Shown here: positions 18,996-26,508 of the stretch, piece after piece | How the letters are laid out: each line of letters begins with the position of its first letter | Position numbering within the stretch: position 1 is the first letter of the stretch | NCBI GenBank assembly: GCA_040752415.1 | Contig: JBFMGU010000099.1 | Location: 1-36,063, forward strand | Reading direction: 5' to 3' | Source of the DNA: Myxococcota bacterium | Lineage (GTDB): Bacteria; Myxococcota; JACRCW01 | Length of the DNA: 36,063 bases | Program-made: the position numbers and the translations under genes | Notes under the pieces: generated by a model | Database searches by the model: none | Told to the model about the DNA's origin: nothing | Seen by the model: the letters and a program-made list of their open reading frames with translations, nothing else

Positions 18996-19928
18996 ATGAC
19001 GTTGAACCGCCCGCTGGGGCCACCATGGGACCTGCCCTCGCGCGTGATGGGGTTGCATCGCCGCGTCGTGGGAGAGGGACCGGGGGTGCCCGGGATCGTC
19101 GCGGGTGCGGCCGCGGGCCTGGCGGCGCTCTGGCTCGAGCGCGCGGTCCTCGACGAGGGCGCGACCGGCCGGGAGGCGCTCGGCGGACCATCCGTGCCAT
19201 TGGAGCCGCTGCTTGCCGCGCATCCTCGCTCGCTGGTGATGCTCACGCACGGGGGGCCGCGCACGGCGGATACCTCGCGGGATCGGCCCGTGGCCGCGGC
19301 GGGCGTGGTGGATCCGATCACGGGGCGGACGCCGTTGGCGCTGACGTCGACACAGTGGGACGGGATCCACGCGGCCCTCCTGCGTGAAGTGGAGGCAGCG
19401 CTGCGCGCGGGCGCGTGGGGCGTGGGCGTGGAGGCGGCGAGGGGGCACCTGTGGCACAGCGCGCTCTCCCCGCTGATGTGTCCGGATCACGACGAGCGGG
19501 CACGCCTCCGCGCACGGTTGATGACGCTGGTGAAGGAGCTCCGCGGATTGACGCCGCGCCTCGCCGTGAGCCTCGTGGTCGAGGACGTGGCGGTGGGGGG
19601 GCTTCCGCCGAGGGAGGGCGTGGGCGTGGCAAGGGAGCTGGTCGACGCGGGCGCGACGATGGTGATCGCCCGCGTGGGGGGGCCGCACATGGTGCGACGG
19701 ATGGACGCGCCGGAGCCGCGTTTCCTCGAGGAGGAGGGGCCGGCGCTGCACGCGGGGAAGTGGTTGCGGGCAGCGTTGCCGGGTGACGTCGTCGTGGCGG
19801 TGGCGGGGGCGATCCGTACGGAGGCGGTGGTTCAGGCGGCGCTGGAAGCGCGGTGCTGCGACGCAGTGGTGGTGGGGCGGCCCCTGCGGGAAGGAAGCGC
19901 GCTCATCCCCCGTGCTTCAACGACGTGA
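18996..19928 (+). CDS. Highly diverged Old Yellow Enzyme/NADH:flavin oxidoreductase-fold protein
   Basis: AGAWGVGVEAARGHLWHSALSPL aligns to the OYE AGFDGVEIHxAHGYLxxQFLSP motif; C-terminal AGAIRT…DAVVVGRP FMN-phosphate region. Confidence 0.65.
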   Translation: MTLNRPLGPPWDLPSRVMGLHRRVVGEGPGVPGIVAGAAAGLAALWLERAVLDEGATGREALGGPSVPLEPLLAAHPRSLVMLTHGGPRTADTSRDRPVAAAGVVDPITGRTPLALTSTQWDGIHAALLREVEAALRAGAWGVGVEAARGHLWHSALSPLMCPDHDERARLRARLMTLVKELRGLTPRLAVSLVVEDVAVGGLPPREGVGVARELVDAGATMVIARVGGPHMVRRMDAPEPRFLEEEGPALHAGKWLRAALPGDVVVAVAGAIRTEAVVQAALEARCCDAVVVGRPLREGSALIPRASTT

Positions 19929-20517
19929 TGACGGCGTCAAACGCGGCCTGGTTGGCCTGCACCGTCTTGGCGGGCCCCAGCAGTCGCAGGAAGTACGGAC
20001 CCGTGCGCGTCTCGACGACGGCGGCCAACATGCGCCAGCCCGCCTTGTCCATCTTCTCCGTTCCGCCCGGCACCTTGGCCCCAACGTAGCGCCCCGACAC
20101 ATCCACGCGCGTGACGTTCAGCTCACCCACCTTGCGCGTCTCCACCTTGGCAGTGTCCTTGATTGGTTTTCCGTCGTCGCTCTGCCAGAGGCTGAACCAG
20201 CGGTCGAGGTTCTCCTGCACCGTGCCACCCTGCCCGGGGCCGAAGTAGAACAGCACCAGCTCCGCCGGCTCCGGGTCCCCACCCGAGGGAGGAATCTGCC
20301 ACTGCCCCTTGCGCATCCCCGACGCTGGCGGCTGCACCACCCACGTGTCCGGGACCTCCAGCTTCAAGCCACCCTCCACCGACAACGCCTTCTTCTTGGC
20401 ACGCGCAGCGGCGTCCACCGGTGCGGCCAGCACGTAGGCCACGACGAGGAACAGCAACAACAAGACCACCGACCGGCTGCAGTGCCCGGGGGGAGCAGGG
20501 ACGCGGGCGAACAGCAT
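19903..20517 (-). CDS. Secreted conserved hypothetical protein (MR…AELVLFYFGPGQGGTVQENLDRW)
   Basis: Hydrophobic signal segment, strong codon bias; start uncertain. Confidence 0.75.
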   Translation of the reverse strand: MLFARVPAPPGHCSRSVVLLLLFLVVAYVLAAPVDAAARAKKKALSVEGGLKLEVPDTWVVQPPASGMRKGQWQIPPSGGDPEPAELVLFYFGPGQGGTVQENLDRWFSLWQSDDGKPIKDTAKVETRKVGELNVTRVDVSGRYVGAKVPGGTEKMDKAGWRMLAAVVETRTGPYFLRLLGPAKTVQANQAAFDAVITSLKHGG

Positions 20518-20560
20518 GGGGCTCCTTCCGATCGTCGAGAAACCGTGACAGAGGGGTGGG

Positions 20561-21025
20561 GTGCGTTGGATTGCGTTGGCCATCCTAGTGCCTTGGTGCC
20601 TGGTGGCGGCATGCCAGTCGACCAAGCCCGAGCCCACGGCGGAAGAGACGTGTTGCGCGTGCCTGGAGTCCAGCAGCTCGCCACGCGGAGTGCCGTGCCA
20701 TGACGCCGACGCGGGCTCATGTCTGACCACGCTGGACGAGGGCAGGGCGCTGAAGACCGGTCCCGCCTGCCTGCGCGACGTGTGCGGCACCGCGTGCGAA
20801 CCGCTGGGCTTCCGACCTCCGGCGCGCGGCACACTGGAGAGCTGCTGTCGTTGCCTCACCACGCGCGTGGATACCGCGAATCAACCGTGTTTCTCAGAGA
20901 GCCTCACCACCTGCACCGACGCGCTCGACGACGGAAAACAGCTGGTCACCAGCGCGGAGTGCCTGGACACGGTGTGCGGAACGGAGTGCGCGTTCCTGGA
21001 GCGCACGTCGCGGGACGGGGGATGA
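20561..21025 (+). CDS. Cys-rich lipoprotein made of two 8-Cys repeats
   Basis: VAA/C lipobox; two CCxC-x11-C-x7-C-x15-C-x4-C-x3-C units. Confidence 0.8.
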   Translation: MRWIALAILVPWCLVAACQSTKPEPTAEETCCACLESSSSPRGVPCHDADAGSCLTTLDEGRALKTGPACLRDVCGTACEPLGFRPPARGTLESCCRCLTTRVDTANQPCFSESLTTCTDALDDGKQLVTSAECLDTVCGTECAFLERTSRDGG

Positions 21026-21078
21026 CGTCGTTCCTTTGACGGATGAAACGGCCGCGGGCGGCCTGCACGATCCGTTGC

Positions 21079-21450
21079 ATGCTCGTGAACCGCGCGGGGT
21101 TGACGTCGGAGGAGCTGGGCGCGCTGCAGCGCGTGGTGTCGTTGCACCGCACGCTGGAGGACGTGCTGCGGTGGGGGCATGCGCAGCAGCCGCGCGTCAC
21201 CGTGTCCAACGTGGTCATCCAGGATGAGTACACCCACGACGTGCTGGTCCCGCTTCCCGACGGGAAATGCCTGGTCTACGCGTGCACGTGACTGGGTGGC
21301 GTGACGGCAGTTGCCGTCTGGGACCATGAGCCGGGACCGCAGGAGCTGCTGGAGGCGCGGCTCGTCGCGGGATGGCAACCCACGCCCACGGCGACGAAGG
21401 ACGGACCGGAGATCCTCGGCTACGCCGCGTGCGTTCGCGAGGCCCGATGA
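21079..21450 (+). CDS. Predicted selenoprotein of unknown family (123 aa; Sec71 at TGA 21289-21291; C-T-U motif)
   Basis: The frame stays open for 52 codons after the TGA (LGGVTAVAVWDHEP…GYAACVREAR*), 42 of 52 ending in G/C; SECIS-like hairpin 11 nt downstream. Confidence 0.75.
21303..21318 (+). promoter_or_regulatory. Candidate bacterial SECIS element
   Basis: Perfect 6-bp stem GACGGC-AGTT-GCCGTC starting 11 nt after the UGA; G at loop position 2. Confidence 0.7.
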
Positions 21451-21476
21451 GGGTTCGTTGGTGTCGCGGTTCCCCA

Positions 21477-21671
21477 AAAGGCGTGGGGTTGGGGCGTGAC
21501 CGGTGGGGCTGTGGGTGAATCGTCGTCGCTGCGGCGGGCGCCGGGGGGAGGGCCTTGGAGGGGTCTTCAATCATGATACGTGCGAAGGTATCATGTGTGA
21601 CGGGGGCGTCGCGGGGCCCCCCTGCGCCGCCGGCCTTCAGCGCGCGGACCGTCCCCCAACCCCACGCCTTT
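21477..21671. repeat. Intergenic element bounded by an 18-bp perfect inverted repeat, with an internal hairpin
   Basis: AAAGGCGTGGGGTTGGGG (21477-21494) pairs with CCCCAACCCCACGCCTTT (21654-21671); internal CATGATAC-8 nt-GTATCATG (21572-21595). Confidence 0.85.
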
Positions 21672-21712
21672 CAGGGTGAACGGAACGCAGCTGTTGTGGA
21701 GCGGGACCGGCG

Positions 21713-22645
21713 TCAGAGCGCGCGGATGTAGTCGTGCTGGAGCAGGTAGAGCAGGTGCGTGTACGTCTCGTAGTCGGTGCCCGGCGAACGGTTGAGCACC
21801 TCCTGCGTCAGCCCGAAGTTGTAGACGAGCTGCAGGACGTCCAGCTGCTCCTTGGTGAGCTCGGACAGCGGTGAGTTCAGTGGCGCGGCGAGCTGCAGGG
21901 ACTGCGTGGGAGCCGGCACGTCATTGCGCAGACGGCTCATCTCGTCGAGCTGACGGAGGCCCTCCATGATGATGGCTTCCGTGCTGTCCTCCAGCTCCAA
22001 CAGGAACTCCTCGTCGGAGGGGGGCAGCAGCTCGAAGTCGCCATCCGTCCACCCCAGCATGCGGCAGACGCTCTTCATGGGACCCAGGTCGTGGTTGTCG
22101 TCGATGACGGCGTAGTAGAGCCGGCCGCCGCGCAGGAAGATCTTGCCGTTCCCCGACGGACTGATCACCTGCAGCACGCCGCTCTTCTTGCTGGTGCCAA
22201 ACAGCTGCAGCAGGTCCGGGAGCGGGACCTCACGAATGGTGCCGCTCATGGTGGCGCTACGCTGCTGCGCCGCCACGTCCTCCAACATCGTGCGCACCGA
22301 CGCGGGGTCGAACGTGCGCGCATCAACCGTGGACTCCTCCTGGCTGATGACCTTGATGATGGACGTGCCAATCAGGACGCGGTCGCCTTCCTTGAGGCGC
22401 TGCTTCTTGATCTTCTCACCGTTGACGAAGGTCCCGTTGGTGCTGCCCAGGTCCTGGATGTACAGCGCGCCACCCGTGGTGGTGATCTTGGCGTGCTTAC
22501 GGCTGACCATGTCCTCCACGAGGACCATGTCCAGGTCACTGCTCCGACCGATGACCATCTCCTTGTCGGCGAACAGGGGGAACTCGCCTCCCTGGTACTT
22601 GCCGGAGATGAACCTCAGTGCGTATCCGGACGGGACTTCAGCCAC
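21713..22645 (-). CDS. FHA domain + DUF4388 (PATAN-like) protein
   Basis: FHA motifs IGRS…VSRKHA…DLGSTNGTFVNG; DUF4388-like MSGTIREVPLPDLLQLF…KKSGVL. Confidence 0.9.
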   Translation of the reverse strand: MAEVPSGYALRFISGKYQGGEFPLFADKEMVIGRSSDLDMVLVEDMVSRKHAKITTTGGALYIQDLGSTNGTFVNGEKIKKQRLKEGDRVLIGTSIIKVISQEESTVDARTFDPASVRTMLEDVAAQQRSATMSGTIREVPLPDLLQLFGTSKKSGVLQVISPSGNGKIFLRGGRLYYAVIDDNHDLGPMKSVCRMLGWTDGDFELLPPSDEEFLLELEDSTEAIIMEGLRQLDEMSRLRNDVPAPTQSLQLAAPLNSPLSELTKEQLDVLQLVYNFGLTQEVLNRSPGTDYETYTHLLYLLQHDYIRAL

Positions 22646-22750
22646 GATTCAATGGACTCCGTCAACTGGCGGATGACAACGACGGTCACCATACGCGCGG
22701 CCGGACGGGCAAGGCAAGTTTAGGCTCCCCCTCACCTGACCGACGCCTGA

Positions 22751-23506
22751 TCAACGGCCGCGGGAAGTGCCGCCGGGGTTGGTGGATTCCTCGCCCGCGG
22801 CGCGGATCTTGTCGCGGATCATGTCCAGGTAGAGCTTGGCGCGCGGGTGGTTGGGCTCCTTGGCCAGCACCGTCTCCAGCTCCTTCACCGCCGCCTCCGG
22901 CTCACCCGCCGAGAACAGCAGGATGCCCAGGTTGATGCGCGCCGGCATGTGGTCCGCGTTCTGCGCCAGGATGGTCCGGAGCTGGTTGAGCGCCTCCTGC
23001 TTGTCACCCAGGTCCCGGTAGGCGTTGGCCAGCTTGAGCCGGATGTCGATGAACGTGGGGCGCATGGCCAGTGCGCGCTCATACTCCAGCACCGCCGAGC
23101 GGAAGGCGCCGCTGGACGCGTACACGTCGCCAATGTCGGCGTACATGTTGGCAATCTTGCCCTGCACAAACGGGTCCAGCTCCGCGCCGCCCTGGTGCGA
23201 GGTGGTCAGCGCCTTCCGGTACGTCTCCTTGGCCTCCGCGTATTTGCCCAGGTCGTTGTACGTGACGGCGAGATTCAGCGACGCCTCGGTGTACCGCGGG
23301 TTGATGCGAAGGGCCTCCTCGAAGCTCTGCTGCGCCTTCGTGAACTGGCCCTGGTCGTGATAGATGACGCCGAGCATGTTGAAGACGTCGGCAAACGCCT
23401 TCCCTTCCTTGGCGACCTTGGCCAGGTAGGGCTCCGCCTTCGCGTAGTCCTTGTTCAGATAGTATTCGCGACCAATGGTCAGGGCCTGCTTGAGGGCTTC
23501 GTCCAT
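22751..23506 (-). CDS. Tetratricopeptide repeat protein
   Basis: Multiple TPR units (NMLGVIYHDQGQF…A…FEEAL.INPRY); ATG at 23506. Confidence 0.9.
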   Translation of the reverse strand: MDEALKQALTIGREYYLNKDYAKAEPYLAKVAKEGKAFADVFNMLGVIYHDQGQFTKAQQSFEEALRINPRYTEASLNLAVTYNDLGKYAEAKETYRKALTTSHQGGAELDPFVQGKIANMYADIGDVYASSGAFRSAVLEYERALAMRPTFIDIRLKLANAYRDLGDKQEALNQLRTILAQNADHMPARINLGILLFSAGEPEAAVKELETVLAKEPNHPRAKLYLDMIRDKIRAAGEESTNPGGTSRGR

Positions 23507-23546
23507 CGTGAATGACTCCGGGAAAACGGGCCCGATGACTGCGGCC

Positions 23547-23575
23547 AACCTAGCCTTGCCGGTCTGACAGGTCAA
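23547..23575 (-). promoter_or_regulatory. Putative promoter for the TPR gene
   Basis: Minus strand TTGACC-17 nt-TAGGTT. Confidence 0.5.
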
Positions 23576-23623
23576 AACCCCGCGTGTCCGTGGAGGTGCG
23601 TGCGGAACGCCTTCTCGTCGGCG

Positions 23624-24661
23624 TCACGGCGCGTCTGGTGCGGGTTCCCCCTCGTCGGCGTCCTCACCGTCCACGCTTTCCTCCGCCTCCGGGCCTTCCT
23701 CCCCCGGTTGCTCCTCGGCGACGGCAGCGTCGGGCGCGGGACCAGCGTCGCGCAGGGCGGCCTCACGTGCGGCCTTCTCCGCAGCCTCCTTGGCGGCCTT
23801 CTCCGCAGCTTTCTTCTCTTCCGCCGCCTTGCGGTCCGCCAGCGTCTTGGCGCGTGTCTTGGCCTGCGCGGCGAATTTGGTGTTCCCGTAGTCGCGGGCC
23901 ACCCGTTCAAAGTCCACGCGCGCACGGTCCAGGTCCCCCAGCTTCTCCCAGATGGCGGCGGCGTTCATGAGCGCTTCCGGGGCGTCGTCGACGTCGGGGT
24001 ACAGGTCCGCAATGCGCTCATAGCGGAACGCCGCTCCCTTCTTGTGGTCCTTCTCGTAGTACTTGGCAACGTACCACTCGTGGTCGGCGAGACGGGTGCG
24101 CAGCTCCTTGCGAAGCGTGCGGGCTTCCTTGGCGCGCTCGTGATCGGGGAAGCGGATGAGGAAGTCATCCAGGGACATCAGCGCATCCCGCGACGCACGC
24201 TGATCACGCTCCGCCACCGACGGAAGGAAGAACCACTCCTCGGGAATCTGCCGGTAGTAGCTCTTGGCAATCTGGAACGTGGCATACGGCACGGCGTCAT
24301 GCGTGGGGTGCAGACGCACGAACGATTTGTATGCATCGATGGCGTCCAGCCACTTCTCCTTGCCAAAGTACGCGTCGGCGAGGCGCAGCTCCGCCATGAT
24401 GGCGTACTTGGAGTGCGGGAACTTGGTGCGGACGTAGTCGAAATACTTGGCCGCGTCCTCCCACTCCTCCTTGGTGTAGTTCTCCATCCCCTTGTGGAAG
24501 TTCTCTCGAGCGGTGGGGTAGTACGTCACCTCCTCGCGCTCGGCGAGATAGTTCTTGAGCCACCCGAGCTGGCTGGGCCAGGGAAGCTGGTTGAGGTCCA
24601 GGCTCTTGCAGCCCGTCAGGGACAGCAGAGCAAGCAGGGGGAGCAGTCCACGCGTTCTCAC
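23624..24661 (-). CDS. bamD: Outer membrane protein assembly lipoprotein BamD with a charged C-terminal tail
   Basis: LTG/C lipobox; FPHSKYAIMAELRLADAYF, FVRLHPTH, ERDQ…FP…LADHEWYVAKYY motifs; start approximate. Confidence 0.9.
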   Translation of the reverse strand: MRTRGLLPLLALLSLTGCKSLDLNQLPWPSQLGWLKNYLAEREEVTYYPTARENFHKGMENYTKEEWEDAAKYFDYVRTKFPHSKYAIMAELRLADAYFGKEKWLDAIDAYKSFVRLHPTHDAVPYATFQIAKSYYRQIPEEWFFLPSVAERDQRASRDALMSLDDFLIRFPDHERAKEARTLRKELRTRLADHEWYVAKYYEKDHKKGAAFRYERIADLYPDVDDAPEALMNAAAIWEKLGDLDRARVDFERVARDYGNTKFAAQAKTRAKTLADRKAAEEKKAAEKAAKEAAEKAAREAALRDAGPAPDAAVAEEQPGEEGPEAEESVDGEDADEGEPAPDAP

Positions 24662-24698
24662 GACGCCCAGATACACAAGGACCGACCGCAAGTCATGC

Positions 24699-25469
24699 TC
24701 AGACCCACTGGAACGGGTCACGGTCCTGCTGGCTGATGACCATCTCCAGGCTCGGGACGCGGGCGGCCAGCTTGTCCTTCAGCCGTCGCAGCACGGCGCG
24801 CTCGCTGTTGGAGTGGAGCGTGCAAATCACCGTCATGCCCAGCGCGGCCAGCTTGAGCGCGTCGTGGTGGCGCATCTCACCGGTCAGGTAGACCTCCGCG
24901 CGCTGCTTGATGGCTTCCTCCAGGATGTCCCCGCAGGCACCGGCGCAGCACGCCGCGCGCGTGACCTCTCCGTCCAAGGGCCCGGCCACGAGGACATGCG
25001 GGAGCTCCAGGGCGGACTTGACGAGGTCCACCAGGGCGCGTCGCGAGATGGCGGAACGGGTGCCAATCCGACCCATGCCCGGGAGGTCCGGCGTCTTCCC
25101 CATGCGGAGCGCGCCACGGTCCGTGAGCCCCAGCGCATCCGCCAGGACGTCATTGGTTCCGCCGCCGGCCACGTCGAGCGCGGTGTGGAAGCTGTACAGC
25201 GCCATGCCCCGACGGAGCGCGTCGTAGACCAGGGAGCCGGCGGTGATGCGCTTGAGCCCCTGGAAGATGGGCGGGTGGTAGCAGAGCACGAGCTGACAGC
25301 CCGCGGCCTGGGCCTCCCGCGCCACTTCCGGCGTGTAGTCGATGGTCAGCATGGCCTTGCGCACGTCCTGGGCGGGATCCCCGACGAGAAGACCAACGTT
25401 GTCCCAACCTTCCGCGTGGTGCAGGGGGGCAATGTCCGCGGCTGCGTCCAGGATGCGCTGGAGTTCCAT
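24699..25469 (-). CDS. Nif3-like (DUF34/YbgI) dinuclear metal-centre protein
   Basis: WDNVGLLVG, YHPPIF, HTALD, TGEMRHH, HSNSE. Confidence 0.93.
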   Translation of the reverse strand: MELQRILDAAADIAPLHHAEGWDNVGLLVGDPAQDVRKAMLTIDYTPEVAREAQAAGCQLVLCYHPPIFQGLKRITAGSLVYDALRRGMALYSFHTALDVAGGGTNDVLADALGLTDRGALRMGKTPDLPGMGRIGTRSAISRRALVDLVKSALELPHVLVAGPLDGEVTRAACCAGACGDILEEAIKQRAEVYLTGEMRHHDALKLAALGMTVICTLHSNSERAVLRRLKDKLAARVPSLEMVISQQDRDPFQWV

Positions 25470-25499
25470 GGTGACCGTCCGATGCTAGGGTGCGCGGCG

Positions 25500-26195
25500 A
25501 TGGGAAGTCCGTTGCTGCGCGTGCTGAACATGCCGGACGTCTCCGAGTGGGACAAGGTCCGTCACCTCCCGCGCTTCATGCAGCCCGTGGAGTTCTCGTT
25601 GGCGCCCTGCACGCATTGTCGCGCGCCATGTTGCTGGGTGGACGTGGAGCTCACCACCGTGGAGGCCGCGCGCATCGCGCTCAACCTGGCCCTGCCGTTT
25701 GATGACGTGGTGACCCGTCACGTCCTGCGCGAGGGCGAGGAGCGGCTGAGCAAGAACCTGCCCATCCCGCTCGTCGACGGACCCACGGTCTTGCGGTTGA
25801 AACGTCGGGCCAACAGCGAGTGCAACTTCCTGAACTACGTGGGGGAGCGCGGTCGCTGCGCCATCCACGGCCTGCGACCCGGCATCTGCCGGCTGTATCC
25901 GTACGAGGTGCAGTGGGGACGTCGACACGTGCGCGTGGGGAGCCAGTCGCTGTGTCCCGTGCGTTGGCTCAAGGACGACGCCGCGGAGGCCCGGTTGCGA
26001 GAGAACCTCACGCAGATCGACGCGGACCGGGCGCTGGAGCGCAAGCTGTTGACGTCGTGGAAGCGACGGCGCGGTGAGCGGACGTGGCAGGCGTACGTGC
26101 CGTTCGCGGTGCGCAAGCTGGCGCCGGAATTGGGCGCGAGTGCGGAGGAGTACCTGCGGGAGCCGCGTCGGACGTTGGGCAAGCGGCTGTGGTGA
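25500..26195 (+). CDS. YkgJ-family (CxxCxxCC) cysteine cluster protein
   Basis: CTHCRAPCC…CNFL…RCAIHGLRPGICRLYP; start 25500 or 25530. Confidence 0.85.
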   Translation: MGSPLLRVLNMPDVSEWDKVRHLPRFMQPVEFSLAPCTHCRAPCCWVDVELTTVEAARIALNLALPFDDVVTRHVLREGEERLSKNLPIPLVDGPTVLRLKRRANSECNFLNYVGERGRCAIHGLRPGICRLYPYEVQWGRRHVRVGSQSLCPVRWLKDDAAEARLRENLTQIDADRALERKLLTSWKRRRGERTWQAYVPFAVRKLAPELGASAEEYLREPRRTLGKRLW

Positions 26196-26203
26196 CGACG
26201 GTG

Positions 26204-26452
26204 TCAGGCGCGCTTGTAGACCGCGTCCACCAGGGCGTTGAGCTCGTCGAGGATGGGCGCCTTGCCGTGCAGCTGGTACTCCCACTCCAGGTTCTGACGA
26301 CAACGCGCCACCGCGTGCTCCCGGGGATAACCCAGGTGGTGCAACAAGGCCGCGCGCTCGCGCACTTCACGACGGTACGCATCCAGCGCCGCGTCCTTGA
26401 ATGTCTTCGTGAGCTCGGTGGGAAGCTGCGAGTGAAGCCAGGGGAAGGGCAT
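26204..26452 (-). CDS. Small hypothetical protein (82 aa)
   Basis: GGAGG RBS, good codon bias. Confidence 0.7.
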   Translation of the reverse strand: MPFPWLHSQLPTELTKTFKDAALDAYRREVRERAALLHHLGYPREHAVARCRQNLEWEYQLHGKAPILDELNALVDAVYKRA

Positions 26453-26508
26453 GGGGCCTCCGTGATGGGGTCACGTGTTATCAACGCGTCGGACCCGCAG
26501 GCAATCCC

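Noticed and set aside
21469..21681. Retron msr-msd (myxobacterial msDNA)
   Set aside because: The flanking inverted repeats are reminiscent, but no reverse transcriptase gene is adjacent or anywhere in the window.
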